Source: an uncultured Candidatus Binatia bacterium
GTDB lineage: Bacteria > Desulfobacterota > Binatia > UBA9968 > JAJDTQ01
NCBI GenBank assembly: GCA_964291295.2
Contig: OZ219754.1
Coordinates: 2,903,319-2,967,318, forward strand
Direction: 5' to 3'
DNA: 64,000 bases
The notes under the pieces: generated by a model
The model's input: the letters and a program-made list of their open reading frames with translations, nothing else
The model's database searches: none
Told to the model about the DNA's origin: nothing
Position numbers and translations under genes: made by a program
In this document: positions 28,928-38,640 of the stretch, piece after piece
How the letters are laid out: the number at the start of each line of letters is the position of its first letter
How positions within the stretch are numbered: the first letter of the stretch is position 1

Positions 28928-30030
28928 CAGCCGTCCCGGCCTCCTTCACGGACCTGCGCGAGGCAGTCCAGGAACTTCCGGTTTTCGTCCGGGGTCCCCA
29001 CGGTCACCCGCACATGTTCGGGAAACTCCGGACCCACGGGCCGGACAATGACGCCCCGGCGCAACAGCGCCTCGAATACCCGGCCCGCCTCGCCGACCCG
29101 CACCAGGAGGAAGTTGGCATGACTCGGCACCCATTGGACCCCCAGGGCCGTCAGGCCCTCGGCCAGAAGGGCCAGACCCCGGCCGTTCCCCTCCACGCTC
29201 CGGCGCAGATGTTCCGTGTCTTCCACCGCCGCCGCGGCCGCCCACTGGGCGGCCGCATTGACGTTGAAGGGTTCCCGCACCTGGTTCATCATGGCCACGA
29301 TGTCGGGGCGGGCGACGCCGTAGCCGATACGCAGGCCCGCGAGGCCGTGGACCTTGGAAAAGGTCCGGATGGTCAGGATCGCCCGGTCGTCCCGGTGGTC
29401 GTCGAGGGAATCGGGGTAGTCCGGGTCGGTGGCGTACTCGAAGTAGGCCTCGTCCGCCACCACCAGCACCTCCGGCCCCACCCGATCGAGAAAGGCCTCC
29501 CACTCTCGCCGCCGATAGATGGTGCCCGTGGGGTTGTTGGGGTTGGCCAGGAAGACGCAACGCGTCTCGGGCGTCAAGGCCCGGGCCATGGCGTCGAGAT
29601 CGTAGCCGTAGTCCTTGAGCGGCACGGTGCGCGTCACCGCGCCGATGGCATCAAGGGCGAGGCCGTAGGCCACGAAGGTGCCCCGGGACAACAGCGCCTC
29701 GTCCCCGGGCCGCATGAACGTCCGTACCGCCATCTCGATGAGTTCGTTGGAGCCATTGCCGAAGATCAGCCGTCGGGGCTCCACCCCGAGCCTGGCGGCC
29801 AGCGCATTGCGGAGATGGAAGCAGCCGCCGTCAGGGTAGCGGTGAAGCGCCTCCAGCCGTTCCCGCAACGCGGCCACGGCCATGGGAGACGGACCCAGAG
29901 GGTTCTCGTTGGAGGCCAGCTTGGCCGACCCCTCAATGCCGTATTCCCGCTCCACCTCGTCAATGGGCTTGCCTGGCACGTATGGCACGATGCGCCGGAT
30001 GTGGTCCGGAACCTGATCGACGATACTCAT
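28927..30030 (-). CDS. hisC: Histidinol-phosphate / aromatic aminotransferase
   Basis: LASNENPLGPSP, ANPNNPTGT, PLP-lysine context RTFSKVHGLAGLRIGY. Confidence 0.9.
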   Translation of the reverse strand: MSIVDQVPDHIRRIVPYVPGKPIDEVEREYGIEGSAKLASNENPLGPSPMAVAALRERLEALHRYPDGGCFHLRNALAARLGVEPRRLIFGNGSNELIEMAVRTFMRPGDEALLSRGTFVAYGLALDAIGAVTRTVPLKDYGYDLDAMARALTPETRCVFLANPNNPTGTIYRRREWEAFLDRVGPEVLVVADEAYFEYATDPDYPDSLDDHRDDRAILTIRTFSKVHGLAGLRIGYGVARPDIVAMMNQVREPFNVNAAAQWAAAAAVEDTEHLRRSVEGNGRGLALLAEGLTALGVQWVPSHANFLLVRVGEAGRVFEALLRRGVIVRPVGPEFPEHVRVTVGTPDENRKFLDCLAQVREGGRDG

Positions 30031-30034
30031 GGAC

Positions 30035-31111
30035 TCATAGACTGCGGGGATAGGATCCGAGGACCTTCAGGGAGACGCAGCTCCTGGCCAGCTGGTTCAG
30101 CGCGCGCTTCACTAGGGGCTGTTCCTGATGACCTCTGAAATCGATGAAGAAGACATACTCCCATGCCTTCCGGCGCGAGGGACGCGACTCGATCTTGGTG
30201 AGGTTGATACCATGCTTCGCGAAGGGCGCCAGCAGGTCGTGGAGCACGCCGACACGGTCCTTGGCGGCGAAGACGATGCTGGTCTTGTCCTCGCCGGTGG
30301 GCGACGGCGGGTCATCGCCGATGACGAAAAAACGCGTGATGTTGTCGTGATTGTCGGCGATGTTGGCTTCAAGGATCCTGAGCCCGTAGATATCGCCCGC
30401 CATGCGGCTGGCCACCGCCGCCGCGGTACGGTCCGAACCAGCCTCCCGGGCTGCCTGCGCCGTGCTCGAGACCTCTTCCACGGAGGCATCGGCGAAGTGG
30501 GCGGCGAGCCAGCGGCGGCATTGGCCCAGGGCGTGCGGATGGGAGAGAACACGCCGAACATCCCTGGCCCGACCCGACCGGGAAAGCAGGCAGAGCTCGA
30601 TGTCGACGCTGACTTCGCCGCAGACCTGGACGTCGGAGTCCTGCAACAGATCCAGGGTGTGGGTCACCACCCCTTCGGTGGAGTTCTCCACCGGCACCAC
30701 CCCGTAGTCGACATTGCCCGCGCTCACTTCCCGGAACACGTCGTCGATGGTGCGCTCGGGAGCGTAGCGCACGGTACTGCCGAAATGCCGCTGCGCAGCC
30801 ATGTGGGTGAAGGTGGCCTCGGGGCCGAAGAACGCCACCCTCATGCGGGCCTCGATACCCCGGCAGGCCGACAACACCTCCCGGTACACGGCGCGAACCG
30901 ACGCGTCGGGCAACGGCCCCGCGTTGGCGGCGGTGGCCTGCCGGTACACGGCGCGCTCCCGGCTCGCCACGTAGACAGCTTTTCCGGTGAGACTTTTCTG
31001 ATGACCGATCTTCAGGGCAAGGGATGCCCTCTCGTTGAGAAGCGCTACAATCCTGGAATCAACCTGATCGATCCTTTTGCGGAGGGCATCTAGCGAGTCT
31101 CTGCGGCTCAA
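30035..31111 (-). CDS. pheA: Bifunctional chorismate mutase / prephenate dehydratase (P-protein)
   Basis: CM helix LDALRKRIDQVDSRIVALLNERASLALKIG, PDT RVAFFGPEATFTHMAA, ACT TSIVFAAKDRVGVLHDLLAPFAKHGINLTKIESRP. Confidence 0.9.
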   Translation of the reverse strand: MSRRDSLDALRKRIDQVDSRIVALLNERASLALKIGHQKSLTGKAVYVASRERAVYRQATAANAGPLPDASVRAVYREVLSACRGIEARMRVAFFGPEATFTHMAAQRHFGSTVRYAPERTIDDVFREVSAGNVDYGVVPVENSTEGVVTHTLDLLQDSDVQVCGEVSVDIELCLLSRSGRARDVRRVLSHPHALGQCRRWLAAHFADASVEEVSSTAQAAREAGSDRTAAAVASRMAGDIYGLRILEANIADNHDNITRFFVIGDDPPSPTGEDKTSIVFAAKDRVGVLHDLLAPFAKHGINLTKIESRPSRRKAWEYVFFIDFRGHQEQPLVKRALNQLARSCVSLKVLGSYPRSL

Positions 31112-31278
31112 TGAAAACCTCGAGGGGGATGGATTGGGACCGAAGGGCTACGTTAGCCGAACGCCCGCGCAATTGCAACTCCGCGCCGCTGCGGCCGTTT
31201 ATCCGCCCCCCGGCGGTCCGGAGGGCCGTCGAAGCCGGACCGGAATCATGGTAGTCTCCCCGGAACGACGGACCTCCG

Positions 31279-32166
31279 ATGCAGCAACAGACCCGGGCCT
31301 ACCTGTACGCCGGCGCCACCGTGCTCTGCTGGTCCACCGCGGCGGCGGCGTTCAAGCTCTCCCTCCGCCACCTGGAACCCCACCTTCTGGTGTTCTGTGC
31401 ATCGGTGGTTTCCACCGCCGTGCTGTTCGGCATCACTGCGGCCACCGGCCGTCTCGGCCAGCTCCGGGAATGGCGCGCCGGCGACCTTGGCGTTTCCCTT
31501 GGCCTGGGTTTCCTGAACCCCTTCCTCTACTACCTCGTCCTCTTCACGGCCTACGAACTCCTGCCCGCTCAGACGGCACTGACGCTCAATTTCACTTGGC
31601 CCATGGTGCTGGCGCTGTTCTCCATCCTCATGCTCCGGCAGCCCATCCGCGCCGGCGCCATCGGCGCCATGGCCATCAGCTTCTCCGGGATGGTCCTCAT
31701 CGCCGCCCGGGGCGACCCGCCGGGACTCGACCTCGTCAACCCGCAGGGGGTGGCTCTGGCGCTCGGGAGCACCCTGGTATGGACGCTGTACTGGATCTGC
31801 GGGGTCCGAGACGACCGCGACCCGGTGACCCGACTGCTGCTCAATTTCGCGTTCGGCTGCGTTTTCTCGGGCGGTTACCTGTGGCTTGCGGGCGGTCTGG
31901 AGACCGGTCTGGAGACACCGGGTGCGCCGGGCCTGGCGGGGGCGGCCCATATCGGCCTCTTCGAAATGGGCCTTGCGTACGTCACCTGGCTTCAGGCCCT
32001 GAAGCTCTCCCGCACCACCGCGCACGTGGCCCAGCTGATCTACCTGACACCCTTCCTCTCGCTGCTGGTGATCCGGCTGGTGGTGGGAGAGCCCATCCAG
32101 CCCGGCACCGTGGCGGGACTGGTGCTCATCGTCGGCGGTATCGCGCTGCAGCGGCGGACGGGCTGA
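31279..32166 (+). CDS. EamA/DMT-family transporter (10 TM)
   Basis: 295 aa. Two EamA halves with strongly hydrophobic periodicity (YAGATVLCWSTAAAAFKLSL...). Confidence 0.85.
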   Translation: MQQQTRAYLYAGATVLCWSTAAAAFKLSLRHLEPHLLVFCASVVSTAVLFGITAATGRLGQLREWRAGDLGVSLGLGFLNPFLYYLVLFTAYELLPAQTALTLNFTWPMVLALFSILMLRQPIRAGAIGAMAISFSGMVLIAARGDPPGLDLVNPQGVALALGSTLVWTLYWICGVRDDRDPVTRLLLNFAFGCVFSGGYLWLAGGLETGLETPGAPGLAGAAHIGLFEMGLAYVTWLQALKLSRTTAHVAQLIYLTPFLSLLVIRLVVGEPIQPGTVAGLVLIVGGIALQRRTG

Positions 32167-32243
32167 CCCGCAGGCAAGGGTCCGCTTCGTCAACGGGAAC
32201 GACAGCGGGCTGGCCGCGCCGACCCGCGGGCGGCGTCCATCCG

Positions 32244-33611
32244 TCAGCCCGTCAGACGGCTCATGAGCCGACGCGCCCTTTCCACCGCGCCCGGCTCGAT
32301 GGAAAGGGTCGCGGCGAAATCGCCCAGGGGCCGGGTGGCGTCGATGCCCATCTTCGCCGTAACGGCATCGGTGGCCGAGGGGTCCAGCAGCGTGCCCATG
32401 GCCTCGTCAACGATGAAAACGTCGCGGTCGGCCTGCATCCGGGTGGCCATGGCCCACAGCACCTGCTCTTCGTCGAATACATCGATGTCCGCGTCCACCA
32501 CCACCACCAGCTTGACGTAGTGGTCCGCCCCCAGCACGCTGAAGATGGCCTGCTTGGCCTGTCCTTCCGCGGTCTTTCTCAGGGAGACATAACAGTGGAA
32601 GCTGCCGATGCCCGACCGCACCGGCACGTGCACCGCCTTGAGATTGGGAATGGTCTTCCCCAGCACGTGGGTGAACTCCACTTCCCGGGGCATGGACAGG
32701 CAACGGCAGTGCTCCAGGCTGTCGCCGCCGTTGATATCCTGGTAGACGGCCCCGTTGCGGTAGTGCAACGCCGTGGCCTCGAACACGTTCTCGGTGCTCC
32801 GGCTCGAGGCGTAGCCGGTGAACTCGCCGAACGGCCCCTCCTTCTCCCGCACGTCCTTGAGGATCCGCCCCTCGATGACGACCTCCGACCACCGCGGCAC
32901 GTCGACGTCCACGGTGGCACAGCGCGTCAACTCCAACGGTTCTCCCAGAAGCCCGCCCTGAAGCGCGAACTTCTCCGTTCCCGCCGGCGGCAGCGTCAAT
33001 GCCCCCAGTGAGACCAGCGGGTGCACACCGATGCAGACCGCGGCCTCCAGGGACTCCCCCTTCTCCTCGGCGCGCCGGAAGTACTCGAACATGCGCCGCC
33101 GGGAATGGAGGCTGACCCCCAGCTTGCGCGGCCCCTTGAGCTGCATTCGATGGAACCCCACCGTACGCATGCCGGACTGTGGATCCCGCGCCACCACCAG
33201 CCCGGCGGTCACATAGGGGCCGCCGTCCTGCTCGAAATGGGTCAGCACCGGGAGTCGTCCCAAGTCCACCGATTCACCCAGCAGGGTGTTTTCCTGGAAC
33301 GGGGCGTCTTTCAACACCGCGGGCCGCATGGGCTGCTGGATCCGCTCCCTGAACTCGTTCACCAGCCCTTCCTCCGGCGTGCCGAAGATCCAGGCCAGTC
33401 GCGGGCGGTGCGCCAGCACGTTGGCCGCCACGGTGAAGTCACTCCCGGTGATGTTCCGGAATATCACCACCGGACAGGACGGCAGCCGTTCAGCCTCCAT
33501 CACCAGAGCAGTGGCCTCGAACTCCCGGGACACCGGCTCCCCGACTTCGAGCCACTGCTCCGGACACGCTTCCTTCAATCGCTTCAGGAAACCCTGCAGA
33601 TCCTGTGGCAC
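32244..33611 (-). CDS. UbiD-family (prFMN-dependent) decarboxylase/carboxylase, paralogue 1
   Basis: 455 aa. UbiD N-terminus (FLKRLKEACPEQWLEVGEPVS) and core motif EGPFGEFTGYASS. Confidence 0.85.
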   Translation of the reverse strand: MPQDLQGFLKRLKEACPEQWLEVGEPVSREFEATALVMEAERLPSCPVVIFRNITGSDFTVAANVLAHRPRLAWIFGTPEEGLVNEFRERIQQPMRPAVLKDAPFQENTLLGESVDLGRLPVLTHFEQDGGPYVTAGLVVARDPQSGMRTVGFHRMQLKGPRKLGVSLHSRRRMFEYFRRAEEKGESLEAAVCIGVHPLVSLGALTLPPAGTEKFALQGGLLGEPLELTRCATVDVDVPRWSEVVIEGRILKDVREKEGPFGEFTGYASSRSTENVFEATALHYRNGAVYQDINGGDSLEHCRCLSMPREVEFTHVLGKTIPNLKAVHVPVRSGIGSFHCYVSLRKTAEGQAKQAIFSVLGADHYVKLVVVVDADIDVFDEEQVLWAMATRMQADRDVFIVDEAMGTLLDPSATDAVTAKMGIDATRPLGDFAATLSIEPGAVERARRLMSRLTG

Positions 33612-33629
33612 TCGATTCTCCTCGACGAG

Positions 33630-34859
33630 TCAGGTGAACCTCTCGGCCACCGCCTCGATGTTGCAGTCGAGAGGCTCGGGCGGATCGACGGCCCGCAGCG
33701 CGGCATCGACGTCCTTGAGGCCGTGGCCCGTGGACAGGACGACGACGCGCTCCGCCGGCGAGATGTCGCCCCGTTCCACGAGTCTCACCAGCGCGGCAAC
33801 CGCGGCCGCTGCCGCGGGCTCGGCGAACAGGCCGGTGGTGCCGCCCAGAAGCCGCATGGCTTCCAGGATCTCGCCGTCCGATACGCTCACCGCGACCCCG
33901 CCGGAGGCCCGTAGATCCTGCACCGCCATGACCCCGTTGCGCGGCAACGCCACGCGGATGCTGTCGGCCAGGGTCTCCTCGGCGCCCGGCCGTATGGTCC
34001 CGTCGCCGTCGAAGGCCTGCTTGATGGCCTGCGAACCCTCGGCCTGGGCCGCCACCAGCCGCGGCAGCCGCGAGGTCCACCCCAGTCGTCGAAGGTCCGT
34101 GAAACCCTTCCAGACGCCGCTCAGGATACAGCCGTCGCCGGTGGCGACAATGACCGTGTCCGGCGGCTCCCAGCCCAACTGCTCGGCAATCTCCAGCGCC
34201 GCGGTCTTCTTGCCCTCCACGGTGTAGGGGTTGTAGCCGGTGTTGCGGTTGTACCACCGGAAGCGTTCGCCGGCCTCGACGCACAGGCTGAAGGCGCGGG
34301 AATAGCTGCCGCGGATGGAAAGAACGTCCGCGCCGAAGATCAGGAGTTGCGCCACCTTGGCCCGGGGCGCGGTTTCGGGCACGAAGATGTGACAGCGCAG
34401 CCCCAGGGCGGCCGAGAGGCAGGCCAGCGACGCGCCGGCGTTGCCGGTGGAGGCAGTGGCAAACTCCCGGCGGCCCAGTTCCATCCCCTTGAGCAGCACC
34501 ACGGAACTGGCCCGGTCCTTCAGGGAGGCGGAGGGGTTGGCGGTATCGTCCTTGATCCAGAGCCGTTCCAGACCCAGCGCCCGTCTCAGGCCTGGCACCG
34601 GGCACAGCGGCGTGGCTCCCACCGCCAGCGGGAACTCCACCGCGTCCGCCGCCAGCGGCAGCAACGGCAGGTAGCGCCAATGGTCCCGGAATGGCGCCGC
34701 GGCCAGCGCGCCGCGGCTCGCCGAAGCGCGCATCCGCTCGTAGTCGTAGGAAACCCTAAGAGTCCCCAACTCGCCGCAGGCCGGGCAACCGTACCGGTCC
34801 GGACCCTCCCGCCAGGCGGCGCCGCACAGGACGCAGGTCAGGTTTTCCGGCAGGGGCAT
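33630..34859 (-). CDS. Threonine-synthase-like PLP enzyme (beta family) with N-terminal zinc ribbon
   Basis: CVLCG...CPACG ribbon. PLP lysine in NPSASLKDRASS. 409 aa. Could be ThrC, cysteate synthase or another beta-replacement enzyme. Confidence 0.8.
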   Translation of the reverse strand: MPLPENLTCVLCGAAWREGPDRYGCPACGELGTLRVSYDYERMRASASRGALAAAPFRDHWRYLPLLPLAADAVEFPLAVGATPLCPVPGLRRALGLERLWIKDDTANPSASLKDRASSVVLLKGMELGRREFATASTGNAGASLACLSAALGLRCHIFVPETAPRAKVAQLLIFGADVLSIRGSYSRAFSLCVEAGERFRWYNRNTGYNPYTVEGKKTAALEIAEQLGWEPPDTVIVATGDGCILSGVWKGFTDLRRLGWTSRLPRLVAAQAEGSQAIKQAFDGDGTIRPGAEETLADSIRVALPRNGVMAVQDLRASGGVAVSVSDGEILEAMRLLGGTTGLFAEPAAAAAVAALVRLVERGDISPAERVVVLSTGHGLKDVDAALRAVDPPEPLDCNIEAVAERFT

Positions 34860-34883
34860 CGCGGGGAGTGGCGGCGGGCCCGG

Positions 34884-35918
34884 CTACCGCACCACATGGA
34901 GGTTGCGGCGCGCCAGCCTGGCGCGGTCCTCCTCGCTCACGGGATGTGCGCGGTCGGGGATCTCCACGGCCGGCTCCCTGCCGAACAGCGGCGTGGAAAA
35001 GTAACGCATGCCGGTGTCGTTGATCAGGGTCACGATCATCTTCGTGGACGGCAACGCCGCCGACAGCCGGTTGGCTGCGGCAACGTTGCAGCCCGACGAG
35101 ATGCCGCACAGCACGCCTTCTTCGCGCGCCAGGCGCCGGGCCATGGCGATGGAGTCCTCCGACGAGACCGTCACCACCCCGTCGACCCAGTCCAGGTCCA
35201 GATTCTCCGGGATGAAACCGTCGCCGATGCCCTCGATGGCGTGCGGCCCCCAGGTTCCGCCCGACAGGATCGGACACTCGGCGGGCTCCACGGCGTAGAC
35301 CTTCGCATTCGAGTTCCGCTCCTTGAGATACCGGCCGACGCCGGACACGGTACCGCCGCTGCCCTGGGAAGCCACGAACACGTCCACCTGGCCGCCGGTC
35401 TGCTGCCATATCTCCGGACCCGTGGTCTCGTAGTGCGCCGCGATGTTGTCCCGGTTGGAGAACTGGCCGGGCTCCCAGTAACGATCCGGCTCGGCGCGCT
35501 TGAGTTCCTCCACCTTCTCCAGACACAAATCCACGTCGCTCTCCGCTCCCGGGGTCAGCACCAGTTCCGCGCCATAGGCGCGCATGGTGGCCTTGCGCTC
35601 CTCGCTCATGCCCTCGGGCATGACGATCACCACCGGATAGCCGCAAACCGCGCCGATCATGGCGGTGGCGATGCCGGTGCTGCCGGTGGAGGCCTCCAGG
35701 AGGGTCATGCCGGGCTTGAGATCGCCGCGCTCCTCCGCGCTTCGGACCATGCGGCGCAGGATCCGGTCCTTGAGACTCGACGAGGGGTTCATGAACTCGA
35801 GCTTGCCGCACAACGTCTGGGGTCCGGCCGCCACCTTGCGAAGCCGCAGCAGCGGCGTCAACCCCGCCGTCTCGGTGATGTCCTCCGCGATCCGTCCACG
35901 CGCGGCCCAATCCGTCAT
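34884..35918 (-). CDS. Cysteine-synthase/CBS-like PLP enzyme (CysK/CysM family)
   Basis: ORF 34884..36167 trimmed to ATG 35918 (GGAGAGG SD). FMNPSSSLKDR, STGSTGIA, SQGSGGTVSG motifs. Confidence 0.85.
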   Translation of the reverse strand: MTDWAARGRIAEDITETAGLTPLLRLRKVAAGPQTLCGKLEFMNPSSSLKDRILRRMVRSAEERGDLKPGMTLLEASTGSTGIATAMIGAVCGYPVVIVMPEGMSEERKATMRAYGAELVLTPGAESDVDLCLEKVEELKRAEPDRYWEPGQFSNRDNIAAHYETTGPEIWQQTGGQVDVFVASQGSGGTVSGVGRYLKERNSNAKVYAVEPAECPILSGGTWGPHAIEGIGDGFIPENLDLDWVDGVVTVSSEDSIAMARRLAREEGVLCGISSGCNVAAANRLSAALPSTKMIVTLINDTGMRYFSTPLFGREPAVEIPDRAHPVSEEDRARLARRNLHVVR

Positions 35919-35953
35919 GGCTGTCCTCTCCGATCCGACACGAGGCCGCCCGG

Positions 35954-36826
35954 TCAAAGACCCAGCATGGCCCTGGGATTGTCGATGATGAGCTTCTCCA
36001 CGTTCCTGGGCGAGACGCCCTTCTCGTAGAGGCCCTGGGCGTAGAGCCACAGCGCCTCCGGCGGCAAGGGGTTGTGAGACTGGCCGGTATCGCTCATGAC
36101 CACGCAGTTGTCGAAGCCCATGGAGTCCATGATGCCCTTGGTGAACTCCAGGTTCACATAGGCCCACATGGGCGAGATGGTGCAGTAGCCGAACTCGCCG
36201 ATGGCGCCGTAGCGCATCATCTGCTTCAGGAAATCGAGGTTCATGCCCGCGGGCACGCGAAAGTAGGGATGGGTGATCAGGATCTTCCGGACCCCCCGCT
36301 CGTGGGCCGCCTTCACCAGCAGCTCGATCTCTCCCAGGGAGAGATGCGCGGTCCCCAGGATGGCGTCGTACTTGGCGATGAGTTCCAGCACCACCAGGGC
36401 CTCGTCCACCACCTTTCCGTCCTTGACCGCCGAGATGGGCTCCCCCCAGACGAAATCCGAACCGCTGGTCTGGGTGTCGTAGCTGCCCCGGGCGCCGTGG
36501 ACCTCCACGTGGTGCGCCGCGTCGATGGTGGGCATCCAGATCTCCTTGGCTCCCAGCCGTAGCCCCACCTCGGCCGCCGCCGGATTGATGCCGCCCACGA
36601 ACTGGTTCATCACCACGCCGCCGAAGACCTTGATGTCGGGAAACTCCTTCTGAATGAGCCAGGCGCGGCTGACCGTGCTCTCATGGTGGCACTTCAGCAC
36701 GATGGCCGCCATGCCCGCCTCCGCGGCCGCCTGCACGGCCTGACGGTCGTCCACCCGCCGCTGGAAAACGCAGGGATAGGAGTGGACGTGCAGGTCCACG
36801 GCACCGTCGAGTTTCATGAACTCCAT
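35954..36826 (-). CDS. Uncharacterised metal-dependent hydrolase, amidohydrolase/TIM-barrel-like
   Basis: ORF 35954..37276 trimmed to ATG 36826 (GGAGGA SD). N-terminal HxH (AVDLHVHSYP) and later His/Asp-bearing strands (LGTAHLS, ILITHP, VVMSDTG). Confidence 0.55.
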   Translation of the reverse strand: MEFMKLDGAVDLHVHSYPCVFQRRVDDRQAVQAAAEAGMAAIVLKCHHESTVSRAWLIQKEFPDIKVFGGVVMNQFVGGINPAAAEVGLRLGAKEIWMPTIDAAHHVEVHGARGSYDTQTSGSDFVWGEPISAVKDGKVVDEALVVLELIAKYDAILGTAHLSLGEIELLVKAAHERGVRKILITHPYFRVPAGMNLDFLKQMMRYGAIGEFGYCTISPMWAYVNLEFTKGIMDSMGFDNCVVMSDTGQSHNPLPPEALWLYAQGLYEKGVSPRNVEKLIIDNPRAMLGL

Positions 36827-36846
36827 GGGTCTCCTCCAGCCTGCCT

Positions 36847-37536
36847 TCAGTCCATGCCCACCAGCCCCACGCCCAGCGCCCGCCCCACCGCTTCGAGGGC
36901 GGCCTCGTTGCTGGTCACGATGGGCAGGTCGTAGGCATCCTTCAGGCGCGGCAGCGCCGCCACCGCCTGATAGTTGGTGCAAGAGATGAACAGTGCATCC
37001 ACCGGCGGTCTGGCGCCCAGCTTCTCGCGGGCGAAGGCCAGTATCTCCGGCGGTTCCACCAGCGCCAACTCGAAGTTGACGCGGATGCCCATGCCGTGGA
37101 TCGCCACCACTTCGATGCCGCCCTCCTCCACGCTGGCCTTGATACGGCTGTTCAACTCCTCGACATAGGGCGTCACCACGGCCACACGCCGGACCTTCAG
37201 CGACGCCAGCCGGCGCCGCACCGACTCGATGACACTGAGGGTGGGTTTGCCGGCAACTTCCGAGATCCGGCGGCACAACTCGGCATCGCCGGCGTTGCCC
37301 CGGAGCGCGCCGGCGCTGGTGCAGCCGAACACCATCAAGTCCGGGCGGGCCGTGGCCACGTCGGCGGCCGCGGACAGGCAGTGATCGTCGAGCATGGCCT
37401 CCTCGCCCCGGACCGTGGTGGCCTCCATGTACATGCGGCCCGTATGGACCGTGACCGACGCCGGCAGGTGACGGTAGAAGTCCACTTCCATGACGGTGTT
37501 CGACGAAGGGATGAGCAATCCGATCCGATGACCCAA
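36847..37536 (-). CDS. Asp/Glu-racemase superfamily enzyme, maleate cis-trans isomerase-like
   Basis: IGLLIPSSNTVME. Two catalytic-type cysteines in MVFGCTSAG and LFISCTNYQ, the pattern of isomerases/racemases rather than arylmalonate decarboxylase. Confidence 0.75.
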   Translation of the reverse strand: MGHRIGLLIPSSNTVMEVDFYRHLPASVTVHTGRMYMEATTVRGEEAMLDDHCLSAAADVATARPDLMVFGCTSAGALRGNAGDAELCRRISEVAGKPTLSVIESVRRRLASLKVRRVAVVTPYVEELNSRIKASVEEGGIEVVAIHGMGIRVNFELALVEPPEILAFAREKLGARPPVDALFISCTNYQAVAALPRLKDAYDLPIVTSNEAALEAVGRALGVGLVGMD

Positions 37537-37569
37537 TCCGTTACCTCCCTCTACGTCCCTCGCAGGGCG

Positions 37570-38640
37570 TCAGTCGTCATCGAACTCGCCCCGGGCCCTG
37601 GCCTCCTGGATGGCGAAGAAGACCCGCTCCGGGGTGATGGGCGTCTCGGTGATGCGGATGCCGATGGCGTCGTCGATGGCGTTCAGAATGGCCGGGGTGG
37701 TGGGGATCGTGGCGGGCTCGGCGACCCCCTTGGCGCCGAACGGCCCCCGGGGGTCCGGCACCTCCACGATCTCGCACTCGATGTCCGGCACGTCCATGGC
37801 GGTGGGTACCAGATAGAACGCCAGCGACGACGTGCGCGGCACGCCGTTCTCCAGGATATGCTGCTCGTAGAGACCGTAGCCCAGGCCCATGGCGGCGCCG
37901 CCCTCGATCTGTCCTTCCACCGCCGCCGGGTTGATGGCCTTGCCCGCGTCCGTGGCCGAAACCAGCCTGACCAGACGCACGCGCCCGGTCTCGGTATCCA
38001 CCTCCACCTCCGCCAACTGGGTTGCCCAGCCGTAGGTGGCGTAAGCGTCGCCCTGGGAAGTCTCCGGATCCACGTCGGCGGTGGTGTTGTCGTGCCAGCC
38101 CCAGGCCGCCGACCGCCGGCCGTGGAAATGGAGCTGCTGGGCCACCTTGCCCACCGACACCATGGGGCGGTCGCTGCCGACCTCGCACACCTCGCCGCGG
38201 CTCACGTGAAGGTTCTCCCTGGGACACTCCAGCATGCGCGAGGCCATGTCCAGGAGCTGCGCGCGCAGTTCCCCGGCCGCCCGCTGTACCGCCACCCCCT
38301 GCACGAAGGTGGCGCGGCTGCCCGAGGTGGGCCCGGCGTCCGGCGTGCTGCCGGTATCCGCCGCCACCACGCGAATCTGCTCCGGCTCGATGCCAAGCTC
38401 CTCCGCCGCCACCTGGGTCACCACGGTCATGACCCCCTGGCCCATGTCACAGGCCCCGGAGTAGATGGTGGTGGTGCCGTCCTCGGCCATCTCGATCTCG
38501 GCCGAGCCGATGTCGGCCCGGCTGAAGCCGTAGCCGATACCGTAATACATGGAGCCGATGCCCAGGCCTCTTCTTGTCGCCATGATCGCCCGGCCGCGCC
38601 CTTCAGGAGGCGGCCCGAGCCCGCCTGAACCGCAGGTCAT
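37570..38640 (-). CDS. Xanthine-dehydrogenase-family Mo-hydroxylase, C-terminal molybdopterin-binding piece (NdhM-like)
   Basis: RRGLGIGSMYYGIGYG...CDMGQGVMTVVTQVAAEELG...DTGSTPDAGPTSGSRATF...PFGAKGVAEPATIP (catalytic Glu context). ATG 38640 overlaps the upstream piece by 38 nt in another frame. ATG 38583 (MATRRGLG) is an alternative start. Confidence 0.75.
   Translation of the reverse strand: MTCGSGGLGPPPEGRGRAIMATRRGLGIGSMYYGIGYGFSRADIGSAEIEMAEDGTTTIYSGACDMGQGVMTVVTQVAAEELGIEPEQIRVVAADTGSTPDAGPTSGSRATFVQGVAVQRAAGELRAQLLDMASRMLECPRENLHVSRGEVCEVGSDRPMVSVGKVAQQLHFHGRRSAAWGWHDNTTADVDPETSQGDAYATYGWATQLAEVEVDTETGRVRLVRLVSATDAGKAINPAAVEGQIEGGAAMGLGYGLYEQHILENGVPRTSSLAFYLVPTAMDVPDIECEIVEVPDPRGPFGAKGVAEPATIPTTPAILNAIDDAIGIRITETPITPERVFFAIQEARARGEFDDD

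Noticed and set aside
32214-32236. GC-rich imperfect palindrome between the convergent EamA and UbiD genes as a bidirectional terminator
   Set aside because: The stem is imperfect and lacks a U-tract. It is plausible but not well enough supported to list as a feature.
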